Assembly (NCBI GenBank): GCA_019058015.1
Contig: JAHLWH010000235.1
Span: 1-27,799 of the forward strand
DNA: 27,799 bases
Direction: 5' to 3'
Source: Promethearchaeota archaeon
GTDB lineage: Archaea; Asgardarchaeota; Lokiarchaeia; Sigyniarchaeales; SOKP01
Shown one piece after another: positions 1-10,087 of the stretch; position 1 is the first letter of the stretch, and every line of letters starts with the position of its first letter. The position numbers and the translations under genes were made by a program. The notes below the pieces were generated by a model. The model was not told the DNA's origin, did not search any database, and worked only from the letters and a program-made list of their open reading frames with translations.

Positions 1-2129
1 AATGGGAAAATGCTGCAGCTACTGCTCCATTTAGGACATTCAATTACAGTTATATTAATATTTATCCAATATATGCAGCCATATCGCCGTTATTACAGGA
101 TAATCTTGGAAAAATCGGAATTAATGTAACAGATGCTGGTATGTCTATAATTGATTTTTTTGATAGAACGGATGAATTAGGCGGATTTCATAGAGATATG
201 TTGCAACTCTACTTTACTGGTTGGATGGTCTATTATAACGATCCTAGCAATTATATTAATCTATTGATGTCCAATAGAACTATTGGAGATAATGGCGCAC
301 AAATTAATGACTCGTATTTACAAGATTTAATGGAGGAAAGCTTAAATGAAACTGATCCAGCTATAAGAAAAGGAATATACGAAGAGATACAAAGATATTG
401 TGTTGAAGATCTAATGCCTTGGGCATTTTGCTATACTCTGAAATTATACCATGCACACTATAAGAATTTAACCGGATTCCAACAAAATGCAATGGGAAAG
501 GTATATTTTTATCCTTGTCAATGGAACCGAGCACTAGGTACTAGAATTCCAAGAGGAACATTTATTTATGGTACAATGTTTAAACCATTCAATCTTGATC
601 CACAGGTTGCAGCGGATTACGGCTCATTTGATATAATTGATCAGGTTTGTGAAGGATTATTTAGGTATAATTTGTCTGATCCATATCCATCACTTGCAAT
701 TATACCGAATCTTGCAGCTGCAGATGGCACATGGTCTCCAGAAGGCATGAACTATACAGTTCCACTAAGGCAAGGTGTTACTTTCCATGACGGTACCAAA
801 TTCAACGCAACTGCTGTTAATTTTACATTCAATAGACTGGCTTATTTTATTGAGCAATCTATTATGCCCTTTTATCTTGTTGAAGAGACATATTTTTATT
901 GGGATATAGCTACTATGACACATAAGCCTATTATTAATAGGACAGAAATTGTAGATGAATATACTATAAAATTTGTATTGAACACTCCTTATGCACCATT
1001 CCCAGCCCTCTTATGCTTCAGTGCCTCGTATATTTTATCACCTTCTTCGACTAACCCAACTGGGCCGATAGATACAGAAACTGGAGATTTAGTTGGTACT
1101 GGTCCTTTTGTGTATGATGGATTAATACCAGATTTTGCAACTAATTTCCATGCTTTTAAGGACTACTGGAGAGGTAAAGCAGATATTGAAACAATGAGGT
1201 TTTTAATAATTACTGACTCGAATGCTAGGATCAATGCATTATTAACAGGAACAATCGACTTTTTGGGAAATCCTTTACCATCTTTATTGCCAATTCTTAA
1301 AGTAGATCCTAATATTACTGTATTAGATTCCGGGACTTGGGGAGGTATTTATTATCTCGGAATGAATAATAAACAAATCAATAAAACATGGAGACAAGCT
1401 GTATCATACTCAGTTAACTATAGCTATATCATTGAAGTAATAACAGAAAATCAAACAGTAAGATTGAAATCACCAATTCCGGATGGTATCTTATATGCTA
1501 ATGATTCATTTAATTGTGCAATATTTAATCTTACACATGCAAGATTAATTATGCAGAGCATGGGTTTTGGTGTTGGATTTGATATATATAATGATGCAGA
1601 ATGGGAAACTGCGGCATCTAATGCTCCATTTAGGATATTCAATTACAGTTATATTAATATTTATCCAACGCATGCAGCCATATCGCCGTTATTACAGGAT
1701 AATCTCGGAAAAATCGGAATTAATGTAACAGATGCTGGTATGTCGAATATAGATTTTTATTATAGACAAAATGAAATTGGCGGATTTCACAGAGATATGT
1801 TGCAACTCTACTTTACTAGTTGGGGGGTCTTTTTTAACGATCCGAGTAATTATATTAACCTATTGATGACCAATAGAACTATTGCATCTAATGGCGCACA
1901 AATTAATGACTCGTATTTACAAGATTTAATGGAGGAAGGCTTAAATGAAACTGATCCAGCTTTAAGAAAAGGAATATACGAAGAGATACAAAGATATTGT
2001 GTTGAAGATCTAATACCTTGGGCATTTTGCTATACTCCGAAATTATATCATGCACACTATAAGGATTTTACTGGATTCCAACAAAATGCAATGGGAAAGG
2101 TATATTTTTACCCATGTCAATGGAGCCGA
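1..2129 (+). repeat. Intragenic direct repeat: 1-530 recurs at 1600-2129 (offset 1599 bp = 533 codons)
   Basis: Long near-identical stretches occur in both copies, e.g. 'gcagccatatcgccgttattacaggataatct' and 'aatggcgcacaaattaatgactcgtatttacaagatttaatggagga'. Confidence 0.95.
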
Positions 2130-3092
2130 AGACTATCTAGGATTGAAATTTCCCAACCAAGTGATATTTCATATTTCAAAGGCGTTACGGGAAATAACAT
2201 TACATGGACAATAACTACCGATTATGTCTTAAATCCGGTGTATTACATTTATGTAAATAGTTCATTAAACCAAACAACTTCATGGACGTTCGGCGTACCT
2301 ATTGTTATTGATATAGATAGTCTTCCGGTTGGCACGTATGAGTACCGCATCGAGGTGCATAATGGAGATGAAATTGTAGAAGATATTGTAATCGTAACGG
2401 TTGAACCTTTAGGAACCGAAATTACTCACCCCTCTGATATTACATACTTCGTAGGTGTTGCAGGAAATAACATTACATGGACAATAACTGCTGATTATGT
2501 CTTAAATCCCGTGTATAATATTTATCGAAATGATTTATTAAACCAGACAAATTCATGGGAATCTGGTGTTCCTGTTGTTATCAATATCGATGGTCTTTCG
2601 GTCAACACATATGAGTATCGTATTGAAGTGCACAATGGAGATAAAATTCTGGAAGATATAGTAATTGTTATTGTTAATTCTTTTGGAACTGAAATTACAC
2701 ACCCATCTGATATCACATATGTTGAAGGAGAAACAGGAAGTAGCATTTCATGGACAATCACTGCTGATTATATCTTGGATCCTGAATATTTTATTTATCG
2801 AAATAGTTCATTAATAGAAACTAATTCATGGGGTTCTGGTGTTGCAGTTATTATTGATGTCGATGGACTTTCGGTTGGTTCTTATGAGTACCAAATTGAA
2901 GTGCATAACGGAGATGAAATTGTAGAAGATACAGTGATAGTGACTGTTAATCACCAGTCAATTATTCCAGGATATCCTCTTGAATTTCTCATTGCATTAT
3001 CATTTGTTATATTCTATTTTCTCCAGAAAAAAATTAGAAGGCACCCAACATTAGAATCAGATCTCGCTAACAATAAGAAGAATATCTTTTAA
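3..3092 (+). CDS. Multidomain ABC transporter substrate-binding protein (family 5, DppA/OppA-like) with duplicated SBP domain, three Ig-like repeats and a C-terminal Loki-CTERM-type anchor; 5'-partial
   Basis: The frame is open from position 3 (WENAAATAPF...), upstream of the listed Met at 141. It has SBP_bac_5 motifs (LDP, LRQGVTFHDGTKFNA, VGTGPF). The C-terminus is IPGYP + hydrophobic helix + KKIRR. Confidence 0.88.
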   Translation, partial: WENAAATAPFRTFNYSYINIYPIYAAISPLLQDNLGKIGINVTDAGMSIIDFFDRTDELGGFHRDMLQLYFTGWMVYYNDPSNYINLLMSNRTIGDNGAQINDSYLQDLMEESLNETDPAIRKGIYEEIQRYCVEDLMPWAFCYTLKLYHAHYKNLTGFQQNAMGKVYFYPCQWNRALGTRIPRGTFIYGTMFKPFNLDPQVAADYGSFDIIDQVCEGLFRYNLSDPYPSLAIIPNLAAADGTWSPEGMNYTVPLRQGVTFHDGTKFNATAVNFTFNRLAYFIEQSIMPFYLVEETYFYWDIATMTHKPIINRTEIVDEYTIKFVLNTPYAPFPALLCFSASYILSPSSTNPTGPIDTETGDLVGTGPFVYDGLIPDFATNFHAFKDYWRGKADIETMRFLIITDSNARINALLTGTIDFLGNPLPSLLPILKVDPNITVLDSGTWGGIYYLGMNNKQINKTWRQAVSYSVNYSYIIEVITENQTVRLKSPIPDGILYANDSFNCAIFNLTHARLIMQSMGFGVGFDIYNDAEWETAASNAPFRIFNYSYINIYPTHAAISPLLQDNLGKIGINVTDAGMSNIDFYYRQNEIGGFHRDMLQLYFTSWGVFFNDPSNYINLLMTNRTIASNGAQINDSYLQDLMEEGLNETDPALRKGIYEEIQRYCVEDLIPWAFCYTPKLYHAHYKDFTGFQQNAMGKVYFYPCQWSRRLSRIEISQPSDISYFKGVTGNNITWTITTDYVLNPVYYIYVNSSLNQTTSWTFGVPIVIDIDSLPVGTYEYRIEVHNGDEIVEDIVIVTVEPLGTEITHPSDITYFVGVAGNNITWTITADYVLNPVYNIYRNDLLNQTNSWESGVPVVINIDGLSVNTYEYRIEVHNGDKILEDIVIVIVNSFGTEITHPSDITYVEGETGSSISWTITADYILDPEYFIYRNSSLIETNSWGSGVAVIIDVDGLSVGSYEYQIEVHNGDEIVEDTVIVTVNHQSIIPGYPLEFLIALSFVIFYFLQKKIRRHPTLESDLANNKKNIF
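2145..2950 (+). repeat. Three tandem 273-bp (91-aa) Ig/beta-sandwich-like repeats
   Basis: Units EI(S/T)xPSDIxY...G..I.WTIT.DY.L.P.Y...G.P....ID.L.V.TYEY.IEVHNGD.I.ED start at 2145, 2418 and 2691. Confidence 0.9.
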
Positions 3093-3246
3093 ATTCAAAT
3101 ATTTTTTTTTTTTCTTAAATATCCAATTTTTAAAGACAAGACTATTCTGAAGATATTTTATTAATTAGAGGCTTGTTTTTTAATATTAATTTTTTCCATT
3201 TTTTTCTTCTTTTATTAAAAATAAATTAAAATCTGATTTTAAAAGG

Positions 3247-3318
3247 AGGAAATATAAATTTAAAAAGAAAAAAATTTTTAGGAGAAGGAAATATACATTT
3301 AAAAAGAAAAAAAAATTT
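3247..3318 (+). repeat. Tandem imperfect direct repeat (period 39 bp) just upstream of rpl22e; possible duplicated promoter
   Basis: aggaaatata(a/c)atttaaaaagaaaaaaa..ttt occurs at 3247 and 3286, each a purine run followed by a TATA-like tract. Confidence 0.6.
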
Positions 3319-3328
3319 GTGAATTTAA

Positions 3329-3667
3329 ATGTCTTCCAAAAAAAAAAGTTCTAAGGCGGAAGAATTAGAGTTAAGGAAAATTTATTTGAAAGTAGATGAC
3401 TTGAGTTATAAAGATGATTCTTTAGTTGTAGATTTAGTTCGCTTTTTACAAGAAAAATTAGCAAGTATCCAAATTGAGAGGAATGGAAATGAACTTGAGA
3501 TTTCAGCTCCGCTATCAATGTCAAAGAAAATAATAAAGCTTAGAATTCGGAAATTTTTATATAAAAACAACTTAAAAGAGAGTTTCCGTCCGATATCTTA
3601 CAAAAAAGATGAGAAGGATGGGTACGAAATTCATGAAAAGAAACAAGTAGAATTCACTTATTATTAA
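3329..3667 (+). CDS. rpl22e: Ribosomal protein eL22 (L22e) homologue
   Basis: FLQEKL...IERNGNELEI...SKKIIKLRIRKFLYKNNLKESFRPIS...GYEI aligns by eye with eukaryotic eL22 (FLQERI...IERSKSKITV...[26 protein letters not shown]...SYEL). Confidence 0.8.
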   Translation: MSSKKKSSKAEELELRKIYLKVDDLSYKDDSLVVDLVRFLQEKLASIQIERNGNELEISAPLSMSKKIIKLRIRKFLYKNNLKESFRPISYKKDEKDGYEIHEKKQVEFTYY

Positions 3668-3687
3668 TTACTTTATATTGTTATATA

Positions 3688-4668
3688 ATGGCTAAACCTG
3701 AAAAAGTTAAAGGTCTAAACCTTTCAATTAATTCTGTTGACGATGTTTTAACATGCGTTAATTTAGCTAGCCTCTTAGAAGTTGCAGCATGGCCTAAACC
3801 AGGTAATGTTCATCGCACAATAAATTTTGAAAAAACACGATTTGAGCATTTTCTTGCTGGAATTTGTGCAATTCAAACATCTTTTAAAAATTTTATTTAT
3901 AGAGTTTCTGAAGAATATAAAACTAATCTACATGATTTTTCATTTGTAAAACTAGGTAATTTTTTCCTTGATGCTGTTAAAAGGATGATAGATTGGCAAA
4001 GGGGTGGAAATGTTTTATTGGGGCATATTTTAATTCTTGGGATCTTATCTGCAACCGCAACAATTTGCATTAAACAAGATGCATTATCTTTTAATGACTT
4101 TAAACAAAATTTAGTTAAAATAATAAAAGAATCTACACCAACAGATTCAATTAATCTTTATAAAGCAATAAGATATTGTAACCCGGGTGGAATGGGAACT
4201 ATCCAGAAATATGATTTATATAATGATAATTCACTTCAAGATCTCAAATCAGATGATATTAACTTAGAAAAAATTTTTATACTTTCAAAAGATTATGATT
4301 TAATTAGCTCAGAATACGCAAATGGTTTTCCCATAATTTTATCTGAAGGATTTCCTTATTATATGGATGTATTTGATAAAACTAAAGATATAAATATTGC
4401 TTCAGTACATACATTTTTAAAGATTTTAGCAAATCACCCAGATACATTAATTTGTAGAAAAAGCGGGCTCTCTGCAGCAAAGATGGTTTCTCTAACCGCA
4501 AAAGAAATTTTAGATGAAAAAGGTCTATTAACTCCTAAAGGAAGAGAGATGATTAATAAATTTGATATATTCTTACAGTCAAAAAAAGGTAAATTTAATC
4601 CAGGAACATCTGCAGACCTATTAACTGGTGTAATTTTTATCTCTTTAATTTTTGGTATAAAATTTTAA
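3688..4668 (+). CDS. citG: CitG-family triphosphoribosyl-dephospho-CoA synthase-like protein (archaeal type)
   Basis: Motifs LEVAAWPKPGNVH, PDTLICRKSG and NPGTSADL. Confidence 0.85.
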   Translation: MAKPEKVKGLNLSINSVDDVLTCVNLASLLEVAAWPKPGNVHRTINFEKTRFEHFLAGICAIQTSFKNFIYRVSEEYKTNLHDFSFVKLGNFFLDAVKRMIDWQRGGNVLLGHILILGILSATATICIKQDALSFNDFKQNLVKIIKESTPTDSINLYKAIRYCNPGGMGTIQKYDLYNDNSLQDLKSDDINLEKIFILSKDYDLISSEYANGFPIILSEGFPYYMDVFDKTKDINIASVHTFLKILANHPDTLICRKSGLSAAKMVSLTAKEILDEKGLLTPKGREMINKFDIFLQSKKGKFNPGTSADLLTGVIFISLIFGIKF

Positions 4669-4703
4669 TAACTAATTAAAAAGGCATGGAGTTTATATAA
4701 ATA

Positions 4704-5063
4704 ATGGTTACCTTCTGTAGGAAATGTGGTGGATTAATGCTTCCAACAAAAGATGATACTGGAAAAATAATATTTAGATGTAAATCTTGTCGTAAAACAA
4801 AATCGCTTGACGGTGTTCAAGAAGATCATTACACAATAAAGAAAAAAATCGAACACTCTATCCGAAGAGAAATAACAAGCGCTTCGGCAATATTAAAATG
4901 GAAGGATGAAAACCTAAAAAGTGCCATAAAAGATTTTAAATGCCCTAAATGCGGTTATGATAAGGCTGCAATAGAAACACGTCAAACAAGAAGTGCCGAT
5001 GAAGGGATGACTCATTTTATAATCTGTTTAAAATGTGGTAAGATGAAAAAAATTGGAAGTTAG
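4704..5063 (+). CDS. tfs: Transcription elongation/cleavage factor TFS (RpoM/TFIIS-like)
   Basis: N-terminal zinc ribbon FCRKCGGLM...CKSC; C-terminal CPKCG...QTRSADEG...CLKCG with the acidic DE hairpin. Confidence 0.92.
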   Translation: MVTFCRKCGGLMLPTKDDTGKIIFRCKSCRKTKSLDGVQEDHYTIKKKIEHSIRREITSASAILKWKDENLKSAIKDFKCPKCGYDKAAIETRQTRSADEGMTHFIICLKCGKMKKIGS

Positions 5064-5126
5064 ATATTCATTTATTTTGTAAAATATTAAATATTAAAGA
5101 GAATCCAATTCTTTATTTAAATAAAA

Positions 5127-6584
5127 ATGGCTTATACCCCCAGTTTAAAATCTATAAAAAAACATAAAGTTCCTGATTGGTACAATGATGCTAAATTTGG
5201 AATTTTTATTCATTGGAGTCTTTCTTCTGTTCCTGCATTTGCAGTAGTCGGACAAGGAGATCTAGTTGAGATTCAGAAAAAAGAGGGAATTGGTGCACAA
5301 TTTGCAAAAAATCCATATGCTGAATGGTATTTAAACTCCCTTAGAATTGATGGTACTGAGACTCAAAAATATCATCGTGAGACTTATGGAGAAAATTTCT
5401 CCTACGATGATTTTGTTCCTATGTTCAATGAAGCCATTAAAAAATGGAATCCTGATGAATGGGTGGATTTATTTAAAAAAGCAGGAGCTAAATATGTTGT
5501 TCTTGTTACCAAACATCATGATGGCTTTCTACTGTGGCATAGTAATTATCCTAACCCTCGAAAGAAAAATTATTCAGCAAGCCGAGATATTGTAGGAGAG
5601 CTGACAAAGACAGTTAAGAATGCGGGTATGAGGATGGGTTTCTACTATTCTGGTGCATTAGACTGGTCTTTTACCGAGACTCCAATTATTGACATTATTT
5701 CTATGTTAGATAATGGACCTACTGAGCCAGAATATGTTGAGTATGTGAATAATCATTGGTATGAATTGATAGATAAGTATGAGCCAATTATTTTATGGAA
5801 TGATATTGGATATCCTCCTAAAACAAATGTGAATGAACTATTTGCTAATTTTTATAATAAGTTTCCAGATGGTGTTGTTAATGATAGATGGATTCAAATT
5901 CCAAAACATATTCGAAAAAAATTGAAATCCATACCAATCCCAGTATTCGTAAATAGGATCGTCAAACATATGGATTCTGGAGAAAGTGATTCTTTACTAA
6001 AACCACCTCATTATGATTTTCAAACACCAGAATATACCCACTTTAAAGAAATTAGAGAATTTAAATGGGAAGCAACAAGAGGCATTGGACATTCATTTGG
6101 ATATAATAAATTTGAACCAGAAAATCAATATTTAACGTTAGAAGAATTGGTCCATATGTTTGTAGATATTGTGAGCAAAAATGGAAATCTCTTGTTAAAT
6201 GTTGGTCCAATGGCAGATGGCACAATTCCGGAAATTCAAAAAAATCTTCTATTAAAATTTGGTAAATGGCTCGAAGTGAATGGAAATGCAATTTTTGGGA
6301 CACGACCATGGATAAGAGCAGAAAGTAAAACTTTAGATAATATGGAAATACGATATACCCAAAAAGAAAATGTACTTTATGCAATTTTATTGGGGAAGCC
6401 AAAAACTAACAGAATTACCATTAAATCATTAAATTTAGAAAATAATGCTAAAATTCAGATTTTGGATAATAAAAAAGATTTAAATTGGAAAAATAATGCA
6501 GAAAACCTTGAAATTGAGATTTCAAGAAATTTATTATGGGCTCCAGCTTATGTGTTTAAAATTAAACCAAAACCAATAAAATGA
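5127..6584 (+). CDS. Alpha-L-fucosidase (GH29), no signal peptide
   Basis: PDWYNDAKFGIFIHW, YAEWY, AGAKYVVLVTKHHDGF, LWND nucleophile region and VSKNGNLLLNVGP. Confidence 0.93.
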   Translation: MAYTPSLKSIKKHKVPDWYNDAKFGIFIHWSLSSVPAFAVVGQGDLVEIQKKEGIGAQFAKNPYAEWYLNSLRIDGTETQKYHRETYGENFSYDDFVPMFNEAIKKWNPDEWVDLFKKAGAKYVVLVTKHHDGFLLWHSNYPNPRKKNYSASRDIVGELTKTVKNAGMRMGFYYSGALDWSFTETPIIDIISMLDNGPTEPEYVEYVNNHWYELIDKYEPIILWNDIGYPPKTNVNELFANFYNKFPDGVVNDRWIQIPKHIRKKLKSIPIPVFVNRIVKHMDSGESDSLLKPPHYDFQTPEYTHFKEIREFKWEATRGIGHSFGYNKFEPENQYLTLEELVHMFVDIVSKNGNLLLNVGPMADGTIPEIQKNLLLKFGKWLEVNGNAIFGTRPWIRAESKTLDNMEIRYTQKENVLYAILLGKPKTNRITIKSLNLENNAKIQILDNKKDLNWKNNAENLEIEISRNLLWAPAYVFKIKPKPIK

Positions 6585-6622
6585 ATAAAAATGTAATATT
6601 TCTTGGGTTTATTTTTTAAATT

Positions 6623-7096
6623 TCATTCTTTATGTTCTTTTAGGTTTCTTTTTTCTCGATCCTTAATATATTTTTTAACAGGTCTAATGATCATATAATG
6701 CCCTTGCTGATATGTTCGATAACCGTGAAAGATTTTTCCAAGTTTAGAACCAAAATAGTACCAGAAAAGGTATGATATGAGTAAAAAGAATGCAATTATT
6801 TCCATACCAGCTTGATGAGTTATTCCAAAATCAAGACCTAAGACTATAAATGAGTTCCACATAAAGTATTTCCCTCCATCGACCATAGGAATATTTACCC
6901 ATGGAAGGAAATTTAGCCAAGTCATATCAAATATTTCAAAATAAATTAAGGAGTCAAAAATCCAAAAACCAGAAATAGAAATTATGGCTAAGAAAACAAT
7001 CCAATCCTTATTTCTTTTCCGTAAAAATTTTCGATATAAATATGAGTTAACCCACCCAACCCAAAACATCAAAATCAGCGATGCTAAAAACCCCAT
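6623..7096 (-). CDS. Hypothetical integral membrane protein
   Basis: 157-aa ORF with 3-4 hydrophobic segments; starts 3 bp after the stop of the SDR gene. Confidence 0.7.
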   Translation of the reverse strand: MGFLASLILMFWVGWVNSYLYRKFLRKRNKDWIVFLAIISISGFWIFDSLIYFEIFDMTWLNFLPWVNIPMVDGGKYFMWNSFIVLGLDFGITHQAGMEIIAFFLLISYLFWYYFGSKLGKIFHGYRTYQQGHYMIIRPVKKYIKDREKRNLKEHKE

Positions 7097-7099
7097 ATT

Positions 7100-8230
7100 T
7101 TAATTTTCACTCTCCAACCATCCATTTTTAATATACCAATCGATTGTATCCTTTGAGGTGCTTTTATAATCAAGAAATTTAAATTTGAATCCTAATTTTT
7201 TAATTTTTTCATTAGAAAATAGATATTGATGTTTCATATAGCCAGCCATAGATAAATCAACAGGAGGTCTCGAATTTAATTTTCGAGCTTTTTTTTCCTT
7301 TCGCTTAGCAAGCCAAAAAAGAGTACTCGACATAAATTTATAAAATGGCCACCAAATTGGAAAATTAAAATAATCAACATCTAAAAGATCAGCAACATAC
7401 TCAAAAAAATCTTCTTGAAAGCAAGGATCAATAATCATGTTATAAACTTCACCAATTGCTTTATCATTTTCCGCTAGAAAAGTTGCCGCACGGACTAAAT
7501 CTACCACATGAATTAATGGCATAGCTAACCGCTTCTTTTTTGGATATATATGGATACCCGGACCAACACCTGATTTATTTACAATTTGGAAAATATGGAA
7601 AGTACCATAATGTTGATAGGGACCAATAATAGGCGCGGATCGGATTATGATTGTTTTTAATTTATATTTTTCACAATATTCTTTTAAAACCTTTTCTTGT
7701 TCCATTTTGCTAATACTATAATTATTTGGAGGGTTATAAGGAGTTGTCTCATCGGCAGGAATTGGATAACCTATATTATCTTTTTTATATTTAGGTTCTC
7801 CATAAACCCCGCATGTACTCCAATGTATAAATCGTAAGGTCTCTAAATCTTGTGATTTATAAATAATTTCAAGTAAATTCCTTATACCCTCAACATTAAT
7901 TTTTCTTAAAATATCTAAACTAGCAAAATAATCATATAAACTGGCCGTATGAAAAATCAAATCATATTTTTTATCTTTAAATAGGGGTTCAAGACTCTCT
8001 GGTTCGGTCAAATCTGCTGGGATGAATTCCACTCTCTCGTTTTGTAAGACTTCTTCCATATATTTTAATTTGCTGCTAAAAATCGTTTCTTTACTCATTA
8101 CTTCTTTTCTTCTAACTGATGGGAGGTCGCTTGCAATAATTTTCCAATTATTTTTCGTTTTCAATATCTCTCTTATAAGAAATGTACCTGTGTGCCCTTT
8201 TGCCCCATCAATTAAAATTAATTTACTCAT
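7100..8230 (-). CDS. Extended SDR: NAD-dependent epimerase/dehydratase (3-beta-HSD-like)
   Basis: GAKGHTG Rossmann motif, FHTAS, INVEG, STCGVYG and catalytic YSISK. Confidence 0.88.
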   Translation of the reverse strand: MSKLILIDGAKGHTGTFLIREILKTKNNWKIIASDLPSVRRKEVMSKETIFSSKLKYMEEVLQNERVEFIPADLTEPESLEPLFKDKKYDLIFHTASLYDYFASLDILRKINVEGIRNLLEIIYKSQDLETLRFIHWSTCGVYGEPKYKKDNIGYPIPADETTPYNPPNNYSISKMEQEKVLKEYCEKYKLKTIIIRSAPIIGPYQHYGTFHIFQIVNKSGVGPGIHIYPKKKRLAMPLIHVVDLVRAATFLAENDKAIGEVYNMIIDPCFQEDFFEYVADLLDVDYFNFPIWWPFYKFMSSTLFWLAKRKEKKARKLNSRPPVDLSMAGYMKHQYLFSNEKIKKLGFKFKFLDYKSTSKDTIDWYIKNGWLESEN

Positions 8231-8275
8231 ATTAAAAAAGAGAATAAGGTTATTACGATTAAATATTTCAAATTA

Positions 8276-8575
8276 TTATTTAATTAATTTTTCTAAAATA
8301 AATTGTTCATTTATTATCTCATTATTAAATGTAATTTGAATAATTTTATCTCTATTCTGGAGTCCCGATAATAAACAAACATTCATATCCGGTATATTTA
8401 TTTTTTTTTTGATTAATTTAAGCAATTCTTTATTTGCTTTACCTTTAATAGGTGGTGATTTAAGCGAAACTACTAAATTATCATTTTCTTGGATTATTTT
8501 TTGTTCTTTAGAATTAGGTTTTACATGTATTGAAAGATTAAATGTATTTCCACTAATTTTTTTTAAAATTGACAT
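8276..8575 (-). CDS. DUF167 / UPF0235 (YggU-like) protein
   Basis: IHVKPNSK...L.V.LKSPPIKGKANKEL...G...RDK pattern. Confidence 0.88.
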   Translation of the reverse strand: MSILKKISGNTFNLSIHVKPNSKEQKIIQENDNLVVSLKSPPIKGKANKELLKLIKKKINIPDMNVCLLSGLQNRDKIIQITFNNEIINEQFILEKLIK

Positions 8576-8584
8576 ATAAGACGT

Positions 8585-9970
8585 TTACTCCAGAAATTTA
8601 TCAATATTCTCTCTTAAAATATGAAACGAATTTGGGGAAATTTTTATTCCTCCAGCAAGTTTATGACCTCCTCCAACCCCTCCTAAATCTTTTTTAATAT
8701 TTTCAATTACATAATTTGCTCCCTTGCCCGGATATTTTTCAAGATACTTATTACTACATCGGACACTCAATTTTATCATATGATAACGTTGTTCTTCACC
8801 ACCTAAAAATAACATTTTATTGGGGTCTAAAATTTCATTGACGGTTGCGAAACTGCTGGTATCTGACCAATTACTTGGTGGGATTTTTCCTTCCGCATCA
8901 ATAAATATGGCTTTTTCTGATACATCTCTTTGAATTCTTGATATGGTGCTTAAATTCTTTATTAGATTTTTTATGTAATCATAATACGTTTTCTTTGAAT
9001 ATAGAGTTATATTAGGGCGTTGTAGTAAATTAAATGCGGCATTTATATTATTAAAACCTAAAATATTTAATAATAGTGAATGCTCAAAAACAAACTTTAG
9101 TATTCCACTTTTCTTTGGAAAGATTGCCGACTTTCCAATAATATTTGCATTAATTGAGCCTTGTAATTTTTCAATTTCATCTGAATTAAGTTTAATTACA
9201 GGTCTATTTTCGTCAATTTTCAATTTGCGCAATATCTTTTTGGATTTCTGGAGATCTCCCTCAATTTCTTTTATAAACGGCAATATACTATATCTCAATC
9301 CTTCCTTGATTGTTTCATGCATTCCTCCAAATAATATTAAGCCATCCAGTTCTAATATAATACCCTCCTCAATAATTTCCTCATAAACCTCTTTATTAAA
9401 AGAGGCTAATTTATCCATAGATTTTAATGAATCTCCGGAGATTCCAAGTATTGCTAACCATCCCAATTTAATTATTGAAGGTTTTATTCTTTTTGCAAAC
9501 ATATATGCCAATGTAGCTCCTGCAATATCACTTAATCCATCAAATCCATAAATTGTTGGATTCAAAAGAAATAGATTATCTGGGATTTCTAAATCTTCAA
9601 TCTTTTGATCAATTTCATGATGATCCAAAATAAAGAAATCCTCTTTTCGATCTTTAATTATTTGAATTATCTCAGATATATTAGAACCAATATCGGTAAA
9701 AATAAATGCTGTTTTTTTATTACCTAGCTTAGAAAAAAAACCTTTTAAATAATTTTTCCAAGATTGCGCTAGATTAAAGATATGATATTCAAATGGGATC
9801 TGTAATTTATGTAACAAATTCTGTATTAGAGCAGAACTACTAAATCCATCAGCATCATTATGAGAAATAGAAATTACATGCTCATATCTATTGTCTAAGA
9901 AATTCTCAACTAAATATTCTAATTGAGATAAAAATTTTTTCTTACCTTTTTTAACATTCACATCAATCAT
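8585..9970 (-). CDS. DHH-family phosphoesterase, RecJ/Cdc45(GAN)-like
   Basis: SHNDADG, TDIGS, LDHH, GD and C-terminal DHHA1 GGGHKLAGG. Confidence 0.85.
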   Translation of the reverse strand: MIDVNVKKGKKKFLSQLEYLVENFLDNRYEHVISISHNDADGFSSSALIQNLLHKLQIPFEYHIFNLAQSWKNYLKGFFSKLGNKKTAFIFTDIGSNISEIIQIIKDRKEDFFILDHHEIDQKIEDLEIPDNLFLLNPTIYGFDGLSDIAGATLAYMFAKRIKPSIIKLGWLAILGISGDSLKSMDKLASFNKEVYEEIIEEGIILELDGLILFGGMHETIKEGLRYSILPFIKEIEGDLQKSKKILRKLKIDENRPVIKLNSDEIEKLQGSINANIIGKSAIFPKKSGILKFVFEHSLLLNILGFNNINAAFNLLQRPNITLYSKKTYYDYIKNLIKNLSTISRIQRDVSEKAIFIDAEGKIPPSNWSDTSSFATVNEILDPNKMLFLGGEEQRYHMIKLSVRCSNKYLEKYPGKGANYVIENIKKDLGGVGGGHKLAGGIKISPNSFHILRENIDKFLE

Positions 9971-10087
9971 TCGATAATTATCAAATACAAATAAAAATTA
10001 AAAATATTTACATAATTTTGAAACTAATAAAATTAAAAAAATATCACACTTTATTTAGTTTATAAATTTTCAAGTTAGAGTTTAATA

